Shown here piece after piece: positions 8,574 to 17,805 of a stretch of 32,000 nucleotides of DNA. Both the position numbers and the translations under genes were made by a program. The DNA is from Aliivibrio fischeri ES114. GTDB lineage: Bacteria > Pseudomonadota > Gammaproteobacteria > Enterobacterales > Vibrionaceae. Position 1 is the stretch's first letter. Each line of letters starts with the position of its first letter. The DNA lies in assembly GCF_000011805.1 (NCBI RefSeq), contig NC_006840.2; one strand, given 5' to 3'. The notes under the pieces were generated by a model. That model saw only the letters and a program-made list of their open reading frames with translations, had not been told where the DNA came from and made no database searches.

Positions 8574-10016
8574 TTATCCTTTTTCTTCTTTCTCAGCTTT
8601 TTTACATATCGCTTTTACCATGCCTTTGAAGATAAAAAGGTGTGCGGGAAACATCGCAAACCAATACATTAATCCCCAAAAGCCTTTTGGGTGCCACCAA
8701 GCACGGACATCTAACTCTCTGGTGTTGTTTTCAAGCTCTTTTATTGAAAATTCGAGTCGTCCTAACCCCGGAGCGGTCATTCCAAATAATAGAGATAAAA
8801 ATTCGTTGTTTTCACAACGGATCACTTTCCAAGAATCAATGTAGTCACCCAGTTGCAGCTGATCTGATTTTGGTTTTCTTCGTATAGGAAAAGAGCCGCC
8901 AAGCAGTGGATCAAGCCACTCTCTGGTTCGCCATAACCCATTGGCAAAAAAGTAGCCTTCAGGCCCACCAAGTTGCAATATTACTTTCCACAGTGAATTA
9001 GCCGATGCGTTGGTTGTAAAACTGGCTCCGGCTTGTTTAGGGTAGTAACCGTAATCGGGTTGCCAACGACGCAGTGCACTTGGGTCGAATCCCCATATTT
9101 CACCTTGTAGACTATTGGCCGAAGTATGATTAGCCAATTTCAATGCTTCAGGAAGTGGGGTGAGTGTTTGGGGCATGAGCTGCTGTATTTTTGAATTATC
9201 TGCAAGCAAATCATGATCTATCCCTGCGAGAAGTGCACGTCCTAACTCAGATGGAACCGAGGTAATAATTCCAAGCCATAAACCTGCAAATTTAGGTGAA
9301 ATAAAACGAGTTGGAATAATTTTGATGGATTTATTTAGTCGTTTAGCCAGAAGGTTAAAGAGCTGAAGGTAGGTAACGGTATCTGGCCCTCCAGCTTCTA
9401 AGGAAAGCGAGTTACTAACCTCGATATCAAGGCATTGAATGAGGTAATCATTTAGATTATCAATGGCGATAGGATTGGCTTGAGAATGAATCCATTTAGG
9501 ACAGAGAATGATGGCTAAGTGATTGATAAAATCTGTCATGATCTCGAGGGCAGCAGAGCCTGCACCGATAATAATGCCCGATTGAATTTCAATGGTGGTG
9601 ATGCCGGTAGAACGAAGAATCTCCCCAGTTTTTTGTCGAGCCAGTAAATGCTGTGACTGATGATTCTCTGGTTGTAATGCACTTAAATAGATAATCCGTT
9701 TCAGTTGGGATTGTTCAGCGGCATCTGCAAAATTTTGAGCTAAGGAGACTTCATAATCTATAAAATCGTGACCGTGTGACATCCCATGTACTAAAAAATA
9801 ACCAATATCACAATCAAACAAGAGTGGTTCGATTGTTGTTTTATTTTCTAAATCAAGGTATTCACAGCGCAAGTTAGGGTGTTGTTGAACTCTATCGGTT
9901 AAATACTGGATATTTCGGGCACAAGCAATAACCTGATGCCCTTGCTCTAATAACAATGGAATTAACTGCGAGCCTATGTACCCTGATGCACCAACAATAA
10001 TTATTCTATGAGCCAT
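8574..10016 (-). CDS. NAD(P)-binding SDR/NmrA-like protein with a C-terminal DUF2867-type domain
   Basis: 480 aa. Rossmann N-terminus MAHRIIIVGASGYIGSQLIPLLLEQGHQVIACAR. The long C-terminal extension (..WKVIRCENNEFLSLLFGMTAPGLGRLEFSI..) matches the architecture I remember for SDR+DUF2867 fusions. Confidence 0.8.
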   Translation of the reverse strand: MAHRIIIVGASGYIGSQLIPLLLEQGHQVIACARNIQYLTDRVQQHPNLRCEYLDLENKTTIEPLLFDCDIGYFLVHGMSHGHDFIDYEVSLAQNFADAAEQSQLKRIIYLSALQPENHQSQHLLARQKTGEILRSTGITTIEIQSGIIIGAGSAALEIMTDFINHLAIILCPKWIHSQANPIAIDNLNDYLIQCLDIEVSNSLSLEAGGPDTVTYLQLFNLLAKRLNKSIKIIPTRFISPKFAGLWLGIITSVPSELGRALLAGIDHDLLADNSKIQQLMPQTLTPLPEALKLANHTSANSLQGEIWGFDPSALRRWQPDYGYYPKQAGASFTTNASANSLWKVILQLGGPEGYFFANGLWRTREWLDPLLGGSFPIRRKPKSDQLQLGDYIDSWKVIRCENNEFLSLLFGMTAPGLGRLEFSIKELENNTRELDVRAWWHPKGFWGLMYWFAMFPAHLFIFKGMVKAICKKAEKEEKG

Positions 10017-10321
10017 TTGTAAGAATCCATCCTTTTCCTAAGTGCTTTTTTATTAATACTATTTGATTCTAGTATAATTTATGAACATATACTTGATTAA
10101 ATAGACACTTTTGTATTCTATGGAATCGATAGGCGATGTGATTGAATTTATTTGATGAAATTAAAAAATAAATTTTAAAAATGGATAGATAAGTAATAAA
10201 AACTGGCAGTATGTTCTATATCTGTGTCGAACTGCGAGTTAGACCATAAAAAGCTTTAAGAAGTAAGGGGAATAGTGTAGATTCTGTTACCGATATCACA
10301 ATACATCTTTTGAGAGGGGAT

Positions 10322-10993
10322 ATGTTAAAGCTGACAAACCTGAATAAAGGTTATTTGGATGGTGGCGAGTTTCATCCAATCCTTCAAGGGGCAGAATTAA
10401 CAATTGAGCAAGGAGCTCAGATAGCATTAATGGGCGAAAGTGGCTCAGGAAAAAGTACCCTCTTAAATCTTATCGCAGGCCTAGATAGTGTAGACAGTGG
10501 TGAAATTAATATCGCTGGTTTTTCAATGCACGCCCCTGAACAAAGTTCTCGAACTTCTTACCGTAGAAACAATATTGGCTTAGTATTTCAACAGTTTAAC
10601 CTTCTTCCTACGTTAAGCGTGGCAGATAACATTCGTTTTTGTCGCCAACTTAAAGGGTTAAGAGACGATGATGCGTTATGGCGTCAAATTATCTCAGCTC
10701 TTGATCTTATGCCTCTACTTGGTCGTTACCCTGAAGAAATCTCTGGTGGACAACAGCAACGAGCTGCGATTGCTCGAGCTTTGTATATGGAGCCAAAATT
10801 ATTACTTGCGGATGAGCCAACCGGTAGCCTCGATGAAAAAAATGCTGAAGCAGTAATGCGATTGTTAACACGATTATCTCGTGATCTTCATTGCACACTT
10901 TTATTGGTGACTCACAGTGAGAAAGTGGCAGAGCATATGGATGGTTTAGTTAAACTTCAGGGAGGCTTACTGAATGTTATTTCCGGTAGCTAA
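10322..10993 (+). CDS. ABC transporter ATP-binding protein (YbbA/AttE, LolD-like)
   Basis: Walker [10 protein letters not shown], signature ISGGQQQR, Walker [10 protein letters not shown] prefer ATG 10322 (MLKLTNL) behind the purine-rich agagggga over the track's TTG at 10310. Confidence 0.9.
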   Translation: MLKLTNLNKGYLDGGEFHPILQGAELTIEQGAQIALMGESGSGKSTLLNLIAGLDSVDSGEINIAGFSMHAPEQSSRTSYRRNNIGLVFQQFNLLPTLSVADNIRFCRQLKGLRDDDALWRQIISALDLMPLLGRYPEEISGGQQQRAAIARALYMEPKLLLADEPTGSLDEKNAEAVMRLLTRLSRDLHCTLLLVTHSEKVAEHMDGLVKLQGGLLNVISGS

Positions 10994-13427
10994 AGCGCTT
11001 CTTGGACACTACCGTAAACATCCGTTGCAAATCTTTTTAGTGTGGCTTGGTTTAACACTCGGAGTTGCTTTACTTGTTGGTGTTCTCGCGATAAACCATC
11101 ACGCTAAAGTCAGTTATAGCGAAGGCGAAAAGCTTTTCTCAAATCCTTTTCCTAACCGTATTCGCTCTATTCAAGATAATGTTGTTATCCCTCAGGCGTT
11201 TTATATTAACTTACGTCGGGCTGGCTACACCTCTTGCATGCCTATACAAACCTTGCATTTAGAAACCAATGAAAAGATTGATATCTCTATGGTTGGTATC
11301 GATCCTATTGCGTTAATGCAGATTTCATCAGGGAACTTAGCAAACACGGACAATATGTTGTCTTTAATGCGTCCTCCGTTCCCGGTATTGATCAGTAAGC
11401 CGCTAGCTTCGTATTTTAGCTTAAAAGATGGCGATTATATTGAGTTAAAAAACCAATCCAATATTGGCCCTGTTATTGTTGATAAACAAAATCGCTTGGC
11501 GGGCTCTCGACTGTTTTCAGATATCGCACTGACTAAGATGCTAGGCCATAAAGCGGGCTTTAATATCATTTTATGCGGAGCAATGTCAGAGCAAAAAAAA
11601 GAGCGTTTAGAGCGAATGCTTCCTCGTGGATTGCAACTTGAAACGCATAAAGAATCGGGCTTAACGGCGTTAACGAATGCTTTTCACACGAATTTACTTG
11701 CGATGGGAATGCTCTCTTTTATCGTTGGTCTCTTTATTTTCTATCAAGCTATGTCGCTCTCTTTTGTGCAGAGACAGCCGTTGGTTGGGACGCTACGTCA
11801 AATTGGCGTATCCACAAAAGAGCTTATTTTAGCCATGAGCCTCGAAGTGATCATTTGGATCATTATTGGCTGGATAAGTGGTAACTTTTTTGGCTTATTG
11901 TTGGCGAATGAATTAATGCCGACGGTATCGAACAGTTTGTATTCTTTATATAACGCTGAAGTGGATTTATTAATCTCATGGAGTTGGGATTGGAGTTATC
12001 AAAGTCTGCTAATGGCCGTATTAGGGTGTGTATTAGCTTGTGGTTGGCCGTTGTATCGTCTTTTAACCATTGAGCCAATTCGCTTAACTGCTCGTCTATC
12101 TTTAGCACGTTTTGCAGGCAAAGAGTTTGAAGTTCAAGCTATCATCGCTTGTGTGATTTTCGTTGCAGCTTATCTGATAAATTTATTACCTCATAGTCAC
12201 AGAAATGGGTTTATGTTGATTGGCTTCTTAATGATAAGTATTGGGTTGTTAACCCCGTTTATTATTTGGAAGTTTTTTGATTGGCTCTCTTATACATTGC
12301 CATCAGCAAAAGCACGTTGGTTCTTCTCTGATTCAGCAGCAAGCTTAAGTTATCGTGGTGTGGCGGCAATGGCCTTTATGCTTGCGCTAGCATCTAATAT
12401 TGGCGTGGAAACCATGGTGGGCAGTTTTAGAGCAACCACTAACAATTGGTTAGAGCAACGCTTGGCTGCTGATATTTATATTGAACCAAGTAAAGCGTCG
12501 GCTGGACGAATCAGTTATTGGTTAGAAAAACAACCTGAAGTGAAATCTGTGTGGCGTCAGTGGAAGATTGATTATCAAACAGAATTCGGCAATTTAGAGA
12601 TCATCAGTACTGGTTCTACTGAGGGTGAGAAAAATGCGTTAACCATGAAAGTGGCGATTCCTGATTACTGGTATTCACTTCACCATGGACGCAATGTATT
12701 AATCAGTGAATCCATGTCATTGAAATGGGACTTAAAACCGGGTGATTACATCGATCTTCCTGCTCCTATGGGGAACAATTGGCAGATTTCTGGTGTGTAT
12801 TATGATTACGGAAATCCGTATAACCAATTGTTGCTCTCTCATGGGACGTGGTTAAAGGCGTTTGGCGGTCAGGGTAAAACCGGGATTGGGGTTGTGCTAA
12901 CGGACCAAGCAAAAAGAACCGAATTAATTGGACGAGTATTAAAACAGTATCGATTATCTGCAGAGCAGGTTAGCGATAATAATAATATTCAAATACAGGC
13001 AATGCGTGTGTTTGATAGAACATTTATTGTTACGGGAACCCTTGGTAATCTGACGTTAGTTATCGCTGTTTTTGGTCTGTTTTTTGCCACATTGGTTGGT
13101 GAAATATCACGACAAAGACAAACTGCATTATTGCGATGTTTAGGACTGTCTGGCAAAGAGTTGGTGCTGCTTGGTGGCTTACAGTTGCTGGTTATTGGCT
13201 TATTTACCATTCTTATTGCATTGCCGTTAGGGCTGATTTTGTCACAGCTATTGATTGATATTGTTATGAAATATGCTTTTGGTTGGACAATGGAAATCCA
13301 TTACTTCCCTAAAGAATACACCATTACGTTCTTATGGACTTTACTGGCTTTAACTGTTGCTGGTGCTGGAACCATTTGGAGAGTAACAAAGCGACAAGCC
13401 ATTACTTCATTAAGGGAATCTTTGTAA
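10974..13427 (+). CDS. ABC transporter permease with duplicated FtsX-like domains (YbbP/AttFG-like)
   Basis: 817 aa with two blocks of TM helices separated by large loops. SD GGAGG lies 8 nt upstream of the ATG. Overlaps the ATPase gene by 20 nt. Confidence 0.85.
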   Translation: MLFPVAKALLGHYRKHPLQIFLVWLGLTLGVALLVGVLAINHHAKVSYSEGEKLFSNPFPNRIRSIQDNVVIPQAFYINLRRAGYTSCMPIQTLHLETNEKIDISMVGIDPIALMQISSGNLANTDNMLSLMRPPFPVLISKPLASYFSLKDGDYIELKNQSNIGPVIVDKQNRLAGSRLFSDIALTKMLGHKAGFNIILCGAMSEQKKERLERMLPRGLQLETHKESGLTALTNAFHTNLLAMGMLSFIVGLFIFYQAMSLSFVQRQPLVGTLRQIGVSTKELILAMSLEVIIWIIIGWISGNFFGLLLANELMPTVSNSLYSLYNAEVDLLISWSWDWSYQSLLMAVLGCVLACGWPLYRLLTIEPIRLTARLSLARFAGKEFEVQAIIACVIFVAAYLINLLPHSHRNGFMLIGFLMISIGLLTPFIIWKFFDWLSYTLPSAKARWFFSDSAASLSYRGVAAMAFMLALASNIGVETMVGSFRATTNNWLEQRLAADIYIEPSKASAGRISYWLEKQPEVKSVWRQWKIDYQTEFGNLEIISTGSTEGEKNALTMKVAIPDYWYSLHHGRNVLISESMSLKWDLKPGDYIDLPAPMGNNWQISGVYYDYGNPYNQLLLSHGTWLKAFGGQGKTGIGVVLTDQAKRTELIGRVLKQYRLSAEQVSDNNNIQIQAMRVFDRTFIVTGTLGNLTLVIAVFGLFFATLVGEISRQRQTALLRCLGLSGKELVLLGGLQLLVIGLFTILIALPLGLILSQLLIDIVMKYAFGWTMEIHYFPKEYTITFLWTLLALTVAGAGTIWRVTKRQAITSLRESL

Positions 13428-14548
13428 TGCAAAGCCAAAATAAAAAGAACAGTAGCTTGATAATATCAGTGCTGATTTTGATTGCTATTTTAGGTTGTGC
13501 TCTCGCTTATTACTTTAATTGGCAGCAGGTAAACGTAGAAAGAAACGGGGAAGCAAGCACCATTTTTTCTCATACGGATGGGGCTTTTTTTGAACCCGTT
13601 TTACCTGATACTCCCATCGTTTTTCCTAAAGATTATCAAGAACATCCTGAATATCAGCATGAAAAATGGCTAATGACGGTGAATGCCAAAAATCAAAATG
13701 GTGATGCGATTGGCATACAGTGGAGTATGTTTAGGGTTTCTAATGATGATAGAGAGACTAAGGGATGGTTAGATCCTCGTTTGTATATTGCCAAGGTTGT
13801 GATAACAACGAAAAACGGTAAATGGTTTGCTGAACGCTTAGCTCGTGGTGGTATTGGACAGGTAGGAGTCAGTCAGCGTCCATACCGAGTTTGGATTGAT
13901 GACTGGGAGTGGAGAAGTTTAGGTAGAACACCATTTCCAGGACGATTAGCGGCATCTTCTGATGACTTCTCTTTAAAGCTATCCCTTAATTCTAATACGT
14001 TCCCTGTTCTAATGGGAGAAAAGGGCTATTTAAAGAAACACGATTTTCTTCCTATTGCTTCTTATGAATACATAGAGCCTTTTATTGCTGTGCGTGGCTC
14101 TGTAACGTTTGATAATAAAACGTATACCATTACTGGCCAAGCGTTATTAGAGCATGAGTGGGCAAGTGGCTTTTTTGATGAAAATCAGTACGGCAGAGAT
14201 TGGTTTGCTATTAATTTGGATAATCAGACTAAACTGATAGTGACACAATATCGATACCAAGATCATCCACCATACCAATTTGGCGCTTTATTGAGAAAAA
14301 ATGGCAGCTATACGTTACTTAGTGAAGAAGATCTCACTTTACAAACTTTGCCTGCTCGCCAACTAAAAAATGGTCGAAAAGTGCCGTTACAATGGATTAT
14401 AAATATTCCAAAATACGATATTAATTTAACCACTCAAGTAATGAGAAATGAACAGTGGTTAGACGCATTTATTCCTTATTGGCAAGGACCAATAACAACA
14501 ACGGGTTCACATCAAGCTTCTGGATTCATGCAATTAGCTGGATATTAA
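13427..14548 (+). CDS. AttH/CrtC-like lipocalin-domain lipoprotein (predicted secreted hydrolase family)
   Basis: Start taken at MQSQNKKNSSLIISVLILIAILGC (lipobox-like ILGC). Its ATG overlaps the permease stop (TAATG). The body (EHEWASGFF, RDWFAINL) resembles the AttH-like third gene of att-type ABC operons. The track's upstream extension (13334-13426) lies inside the permease gene. Confidence 0.7.
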   Translation: MQSQNKKNSSLIISVLILIAILGCALAYYFNWQQVNVERNGEASTIFSHTDGAFFEPVLPDTPIVFPKDYQEHPEYQHEKWLMTVNAKNQNGDAIGIQWSMFRVSNDDRETKGWLDPRLYIAKVVITTKNGKWFAERLARGGIGQVGVSQRPYRVWIDDWEWRSLGRTPFPGRLAASSDDFSLKLSLNSNTFPVLMGEKGYLKKHDFLPIASYEYIEPFIAVRGSVTFDNKTYTITGQALLEHEWASGFFDENQYGRDWFAINLDNQTKLIVTQYRYQDHPPYQFGALLRKNGSYTLLSEEDLTLQTLPARQLKNGRKVPLQWIINIPKYDINLTTQVMRNEQWLDAFIPYWQGPITTTGSHQASGFMQLAGY

Positions 14549-14712
14549 TTGAATTGAATATAGACGATGCGAATAAAGCGCTGTAAAACGCTTAACACTT
14601 CGGATTTTCCGATGTATAAGCTCTGAACAAGCGATTATTCTTGATATTGATCAACGGGTAGACTTTTCTTATTCGTTTTTCAGTAAACCATAATTATAAG
14701 CAAGGACATCTT

Positions 14713-15861
14713 ATGAGTGATGTTATTAAGAATTTTTTCAAATTAGAATCTGCCGGTGGGATTCTGTTAGTGATCGCAGCTGCGATTGCTATGATGATTG
14801 CAAACTCTTCATTAGCACCAATGTACGATACATTTTTACATTCTTATATCGGTGGAATGTCAGTATCACATTGGATTAATGACGGTCTAATGGCTGTTTT
14901 CTTCCTATTGATCGGATTAGAAGTAAAAAGAGAATTATTAGAAGGTGCGTTAAAATCAAAAGAAACCGCTATCTTCCCTGCAATTGCAGCGGTAGGTGGT
15001 ATGTTAGCGCCAGCTTTAGTTTACGTTGCATTTAATATGGGCGATCCTGAAGCTCTATCTGGTTGGGCTATTCCTGCGGCAACAGATATTGCGTTTGCAT
15101 TAGGTATCATGGCGCTTCTTGGTAATCGAGTTCCTGTTAGCTTAAAAGTGTTCTTACTTGCACTAGCTATTATTGATGATTTAGGCGTTGTTGTTATTAT
15201 CGCTTTCTTCTACACAAGTGATCTATCTGTTCTTGCTCTTGTAATTGGTTTTGTAATGACAGGTTTACTGTTCTTACTGAATGCAAAACATGTAACAAAG
15301 ATCCGCTGGTATTTATTGGTTGGCTTTATCCTGTGGGTGAGCGTACTGCAATCAGGTGTTCACGCAACGTTAGCTGGTGTGGTTCTTGGTTTTGCTATCC
15401 CTCTTAAAGGCAATAAAGGTGAGCGTTCACCACTAAAACACATGGAACACGCATTACACCCTTATGTTGCGTTTGCTATCCTTCCTGTGTTCGCATTTGC
15501 TAATGCTGGTATCTCTCTAGAAGGTGTGTCACTTGATAGTTTGACGACAACATTACCTCTAGGTGTTGCTTTAGGTCTGTTCCTTGGTAAGCCTCTAGGT
15601 ATCTTCAGCTTTAGTTACCTTGCTGTTAAGTCTGGTGTAGCAAAACTACCAACAGGCGTAAACATGAAGCATATTTTTGCTGTATCAGTGCTGTGTGGTA
15701 TCGGCTTTACTATGTCCATCTTTATCTCATCACTGGCATTTGGTGGTGTGAACCCAGAGTTTGATAAACTGGCTCGCTTAGGTATCTTGATGGGCTCGAC
15801 ATTTGCAGCGGTTGTTGGCTATGCGTTGTTAAGCATCTCATTACCAAAGAAAGCAGCATAA
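14713..15861 (+). CDS. nhaA: Na+/H+ antiporter NhaA
   Basis: 382 aa. [21 protein letters not shown], the [11 protein letters not shown] motif, and [16 protein letters not shown] (the conserved DD pair). Confidence 0.95.
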   Translation: MSDVIKNFFKLESAGGILLVIAAAIAMMIANSSLAPMYDTFLHSYIGGMSVSHWINDGLMAVFFLLIGLEVKRELLEGALKSKETAIFPAIAAVGGMLAPALVYVAFNMGDPEALSGWAIPAATDIAFALGIMALLGNRVPVSLKVFLLALAIIDDLGVVVIIAFFYTSDLSVLALVIGFVMTGLLFLLNAKHVTKIRWYLLVGFILWVSVLQSGVHATLAGVVLGFAIPLKGNKGERSPLKHMEHALHPYVAFAILPVFAFANAGISLEGVSLDSLTTTLPLGVALGLFLGKPLGIFSFSYLAVKSGVAKLPTGVNMKHIFAVSVLCGIGFTMSIFISSLAFGGVNPEFDKLARLGILMGSTFAAVVGYALLSISLPKKAA

Positions 15862-15890
15862 ACCTGTTATCTTAAAATAAGTTTTGATAA

Positions 15891-15919
15891 ATACCTCGCA
15901 AATAGCGGGGTATTTTTTT
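15891..15919 (+). terminator. Rho-independent terminator after nhaA
   Basis: atacctcgc / gcggggtat stem (one G-U pair), 5-nt loop, then T7. Confidence 0.8.
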
Positions 15920-15945
15920 GGACAAAAAAAAGCCCAAACAATAAA

Positions 15946-16098
15946 TTGAATGGGCAAAAGGAATATAAGGAATTATGAAAAAGCTATAGTTGATAAGATA
16001 AAACTTGGCGGCCTGCTAAATTTTAAAATTCATCATCAACGGGTATAAAATCAGACTAGCGATTTTTCTCTTAGTTCAATAAATATTCAATTTTTTTT
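15946..16098 (-). repeat. Decayed tandem copy (unit A) of the small-ORF module at 16162-16305
   Basis: Shares with unit B (16196-16294): TTGAAT; an exact GGAATTATGAA 17 vs 18 nt later; an ungapped 23/29 block (16051-16079 vs 16238-16266); and a terminal T8 on the + strand. Unit A carries about 66 extra nt. In the ORF-equivalent frame it has stops (ttg aac taa; tag), and ATG is changed to ATT. Confidence 0.5.
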
Positions 16099-16161
16099 AA
16101 ATTATTTTTTTGGGTACTTATCTGTAAGAAATAGTGGTCCAGATAAAGAAAAACCCGTTAC

Positions 16162-16305
16162 CTATAATGCTAAAATTAGCGAGATAACGGGCTTCTTGAA
16201 TATATCAAGAAAAAGCAGTGGAATTATGAACATAAATTCAGACTGCCGCTTTTTCCAATAGTTCAAAAAAAGTGAAGATAATTCCATTTTTTTTGTAAAA
16301 ACCAT
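16162..16305 (-). CDS. Candidate unannotated small protein, 47 aa: MVFTKKMELSSLFLNYWKKRQSEFMFIIPLLFLDIFKKPVISLILAL
   Basis: Below the ORF-track length cutoff; I translated it codon by codon. SD GGAGGTG (minus strand, 16317-16311) lies 5 nt before the ATG (16305-16303). The frame is open for 47 codons in about 30% GC DNA. The stop TAG (16164-16162) lies inside a hairpin cccgtta (16191-16185) / taacggg (16160-16154), followed by TTTTTCTTT on the minus strand. No homology evidence is available to me. Confidence 0.4.
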   Translation of the reverse strand: MVFTKKMELSSLFLNYWKKRQSEFMFIIPLLFLDIFKKPVISLILAL

Positions 16306-16332
16306 TTTCACACCTCCAACCACTCACTATTT

Positions 16333-16347
16333 TGACAAAAATTGTCA
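16333..16347. promoter_or_regulatory. Perfect dyad TGACA-N5-TGTCA between the small ORF and fabV, overlapping a TTGACA hexamer
   Basis: tTGACAaaaatTGTCAt read directly from the sequence, about 70 nt upstream of the fabV ATG. I cannot assign a regulator. Confidence 0.3.
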
Positions 16348-16414
16348 TAAATGGGATGCGAACTGGAGAAGAACCTTTTATCCTACAAGGTAATTATTAG
16401 AAGGAAAGTTGAAC

Positions 16415-17617
16415 ATGATCATCAAACCTAGAATTCGTGGATTCATTTGTACAACCACTCACCCTGTTGGTTGTGAGCAAAACGTAAAAGAGCAAATCGC
16501 ATTAACTAAAGCTCAAGGCCCAATTGCTAACGCACCAAAACGTGTATTAGTTGTTGGTTCTTCAAGTGGCTACGGTCTATCTTCTCGTATTACAGCTGCT
16601 TTTGGTGGTGGTGCATCAACCATCGGTGTATTTTTTGAAAAAGCGGGTACAGAGAAAAAACCAGGTACAGCTGGTTGGTATAACTCTGCGGCTTTTGACA
16701 AATTTGCAAAAGAAGAAGGTTTATACTCTAAAAGTTTAAATGGCGATGCTTTCTCTAATGAAGCAAAACAAAAAACGATTGATCTAATTAAAGAAGATTT
16801 AGGTCAAATCGATATGGTTGTTTACTCATTAGCATCACCTGTACGTAAAATGCCTGAAACAGGTGAAGTGATCCGTTCTTCACTGAAACCTATCGGCGAA
16901 ACTTACACAGCAACAGCGGTAGATACAAACAAAGATGCAATCATTGAAGCATCAGTTGAGCCTGCAACAGAGCAAGAGATCAAAGATACTGTTACTGTAA
17001 TGGGTGGCGAAGACTGGGAACTGTGGATTAACGCATTATCAGAAGCTGGCGTTCTAGCTGATGGTTGTAAAACCGTTGCATACAGCTACATTGGTACTGA
17101 GCTAACATGGCCAATCTACTGGGATGGTGCTCTAGGTCAAGCTAAGATGGATTTAGATCGTGCAGCAACAGCGCTAAACGAGAAACTATCTGCGACAGGT
17201 GGCACAGCAAACGTAGCAGTACTAAAATCTGTAGTGACACAAGCAAGTTCTGCAATTCCTGTTATGCCACTGTACATCGCAATGGTATTCAAGAAAATGC
17301 GTGAAGAAGGCGTACACGAAGGTTGCCAAGAGCAAATTCTACGTATGTTTAGCCAACGTCTATATAAAGCAGATGGTTCAGCAGCAGAAGTTGATGAGAA
17401 AAACCGTCTACGTTTAGATGACTGGGAACTTCGTGAAGATATTCAACAACACTGTCGTGATCTATGGCCTCAAGTAACTACTGAGAACCTAAAAGATTTA
17501 ACTGACTATGTTGAGTACAAAGAAGAGTTCTTAAAACTATTTGGCTTTGGTGTTGACGGTGTTGATTACGACGCTGATGTTAACCCTGAAGTAAACTTTG
17601 ATGTTGCTGATATCTAA
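16415..17617 (+). CDS. fabV: Enoyl-[acyl-carrier-protein] reductase FabV (trans-2-enoyl-CoA reductase family)
   Basis: [28 protein letters not shown]... matches the remembered V. cholerae FabV N-terminus. Dinucleotide-binding motif [16 protein letters not shown] chose the ATG at 16415 behind GGAAAG rather than the track's TTG at 16409. Confidence 0.95.
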   Translation: MIIKPRIRGFICTTTHPVGCEQNVKEQIALTKAQGPIANAPKRVLVVGSSSGYGLSSRITAAFGGGASTIGVFFEKAGTEKKPGTAGWYNSAAFDKFAKEEGLYSKSLNGDAFSNEAKQKTIDLIKEDLGQIDMVVYSLASPVRKMPETGEVIRSSLKPIGETYTATAVDTNKDAIIEASVEPATEQEIKDTVTVMGGEDWELWINALSEAGVLADGCKTVAYSYIGTELTWPIYWDGALGQAKMDLDRAATALNEKLSATGGTANVAVLKSVVTQASSAIPVMPLYIAMVFKKMREEGVHEGCQEQILRMFSQRLYKADGSAAEVDEKNRLRLDDWELREDIQQHCRDLWPQVTTENLKDLTDYVEYKEEFLKLFGFGVDGVDYDADVNPEVNFDVADI

Positions 17618-17628
17618 TACCAATCTAC

Positions 17629-17653
17629 ATAAGTATTTGATCATTCTTGCTTG
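17629..17653 (+). repeat. 25-nt repeat, copy 2 (ATAAGTATTTGATCATTCTTGCTTG), 12 nt after the fabV stop
   Basis: 24/25 identical to 6541-6565 in the same orientation. Confidence 0.9.
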
Positions 17654-17772
17654 TTAAAATTGATTATATCTGCGTTATAAATTTTGTAATTAGATCCACT
17701 AGTTACTGTAATTTATGCCTTGCTTTAATCAATTTTTTCTACGCAATTATCTGAACAACCACTTATCCAGAA

Positions 17773-17781
17773 TGGTATAAT
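17773..17781 (+). promoter_or_regulatory. Orphan extended -10 element TGgTATAAT
   Basis: Exact TGnTATAAT, about 25 nt upstream of the terminator hairpin at 17806. A weak -35 (tgaaca) lies about 18 nt upstream. No ORF follows. Confidence 0.3.
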
Positions 17782-17805
17782 CAGTAAACAAAAGAGAAAA
17801 GAAAA

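Noticed and set aside
8521-8887. The + strand ORFs 8521-8844 and 8642-8887, and the pyrimidine-rich tatcct/tattcct tract at 8553-8600
   Set aside because: Both ORFs are antisense to the SDR/DUF2867 gene. The tract is only the terminator tail plus the Lys/Glu-rich C-terminal codons (..KKAEKEEKG) read on the opposite strand. It is not a microsatellite or a repeat array.
13334-13426. 31-codon N-terminal extension of the AttH-like ORF
   Set aside because: It lies entirely within the permease coding frame. A TAATG-coupled ATG at 13427 yields a proper lipoprotein signal.
15950-16048. + strand 32-codon ORF (MGKRNIRNYEKAIVDKIKLGGLLNFKIHHQRV) and the mini-ORFs MKKL* (15975) and MNINSDCRFFQ* (16226) in the nhaA-fabV spacer
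   Set aside because: They have no SD or a badly spaced one, the frames are not conserved between repeat units A and B, and nothing supports coding.
16132-16147. FadR-like TGGTCC motif (tagTGGTCCAGATaaag) upstream of fabV
   Set aside because: Only the TGGTC half fits the FadR consensus as I recall it. The second half (GAC..) is out of register.
16238-16348. Second minus-strand ORF (36 aa, MTIFVKIVSGWRCENGFYKKNGIIFTFFELLEKAAV) overlapping the 47-codon ORF in another frame
   Set aside because: No SD precedes its ATG at 16348. The strong GGAGGTG lies inside it and serves the other frame.
16409-16414. Non-ATG upstream starts used by the ORF track for fabV (16409), the ABC ATPase (10310), grxA (19967), lysO (24687), tfoX (25982), the YdgA-like gene (27533) and cydC (31946)
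   Set aside because: In each case an in-frame ATG a few codons downstream is better placed behind a purine-rich SD and/or matches the N-terminus of the E. coli or V. cholerae homologue as I remember it.
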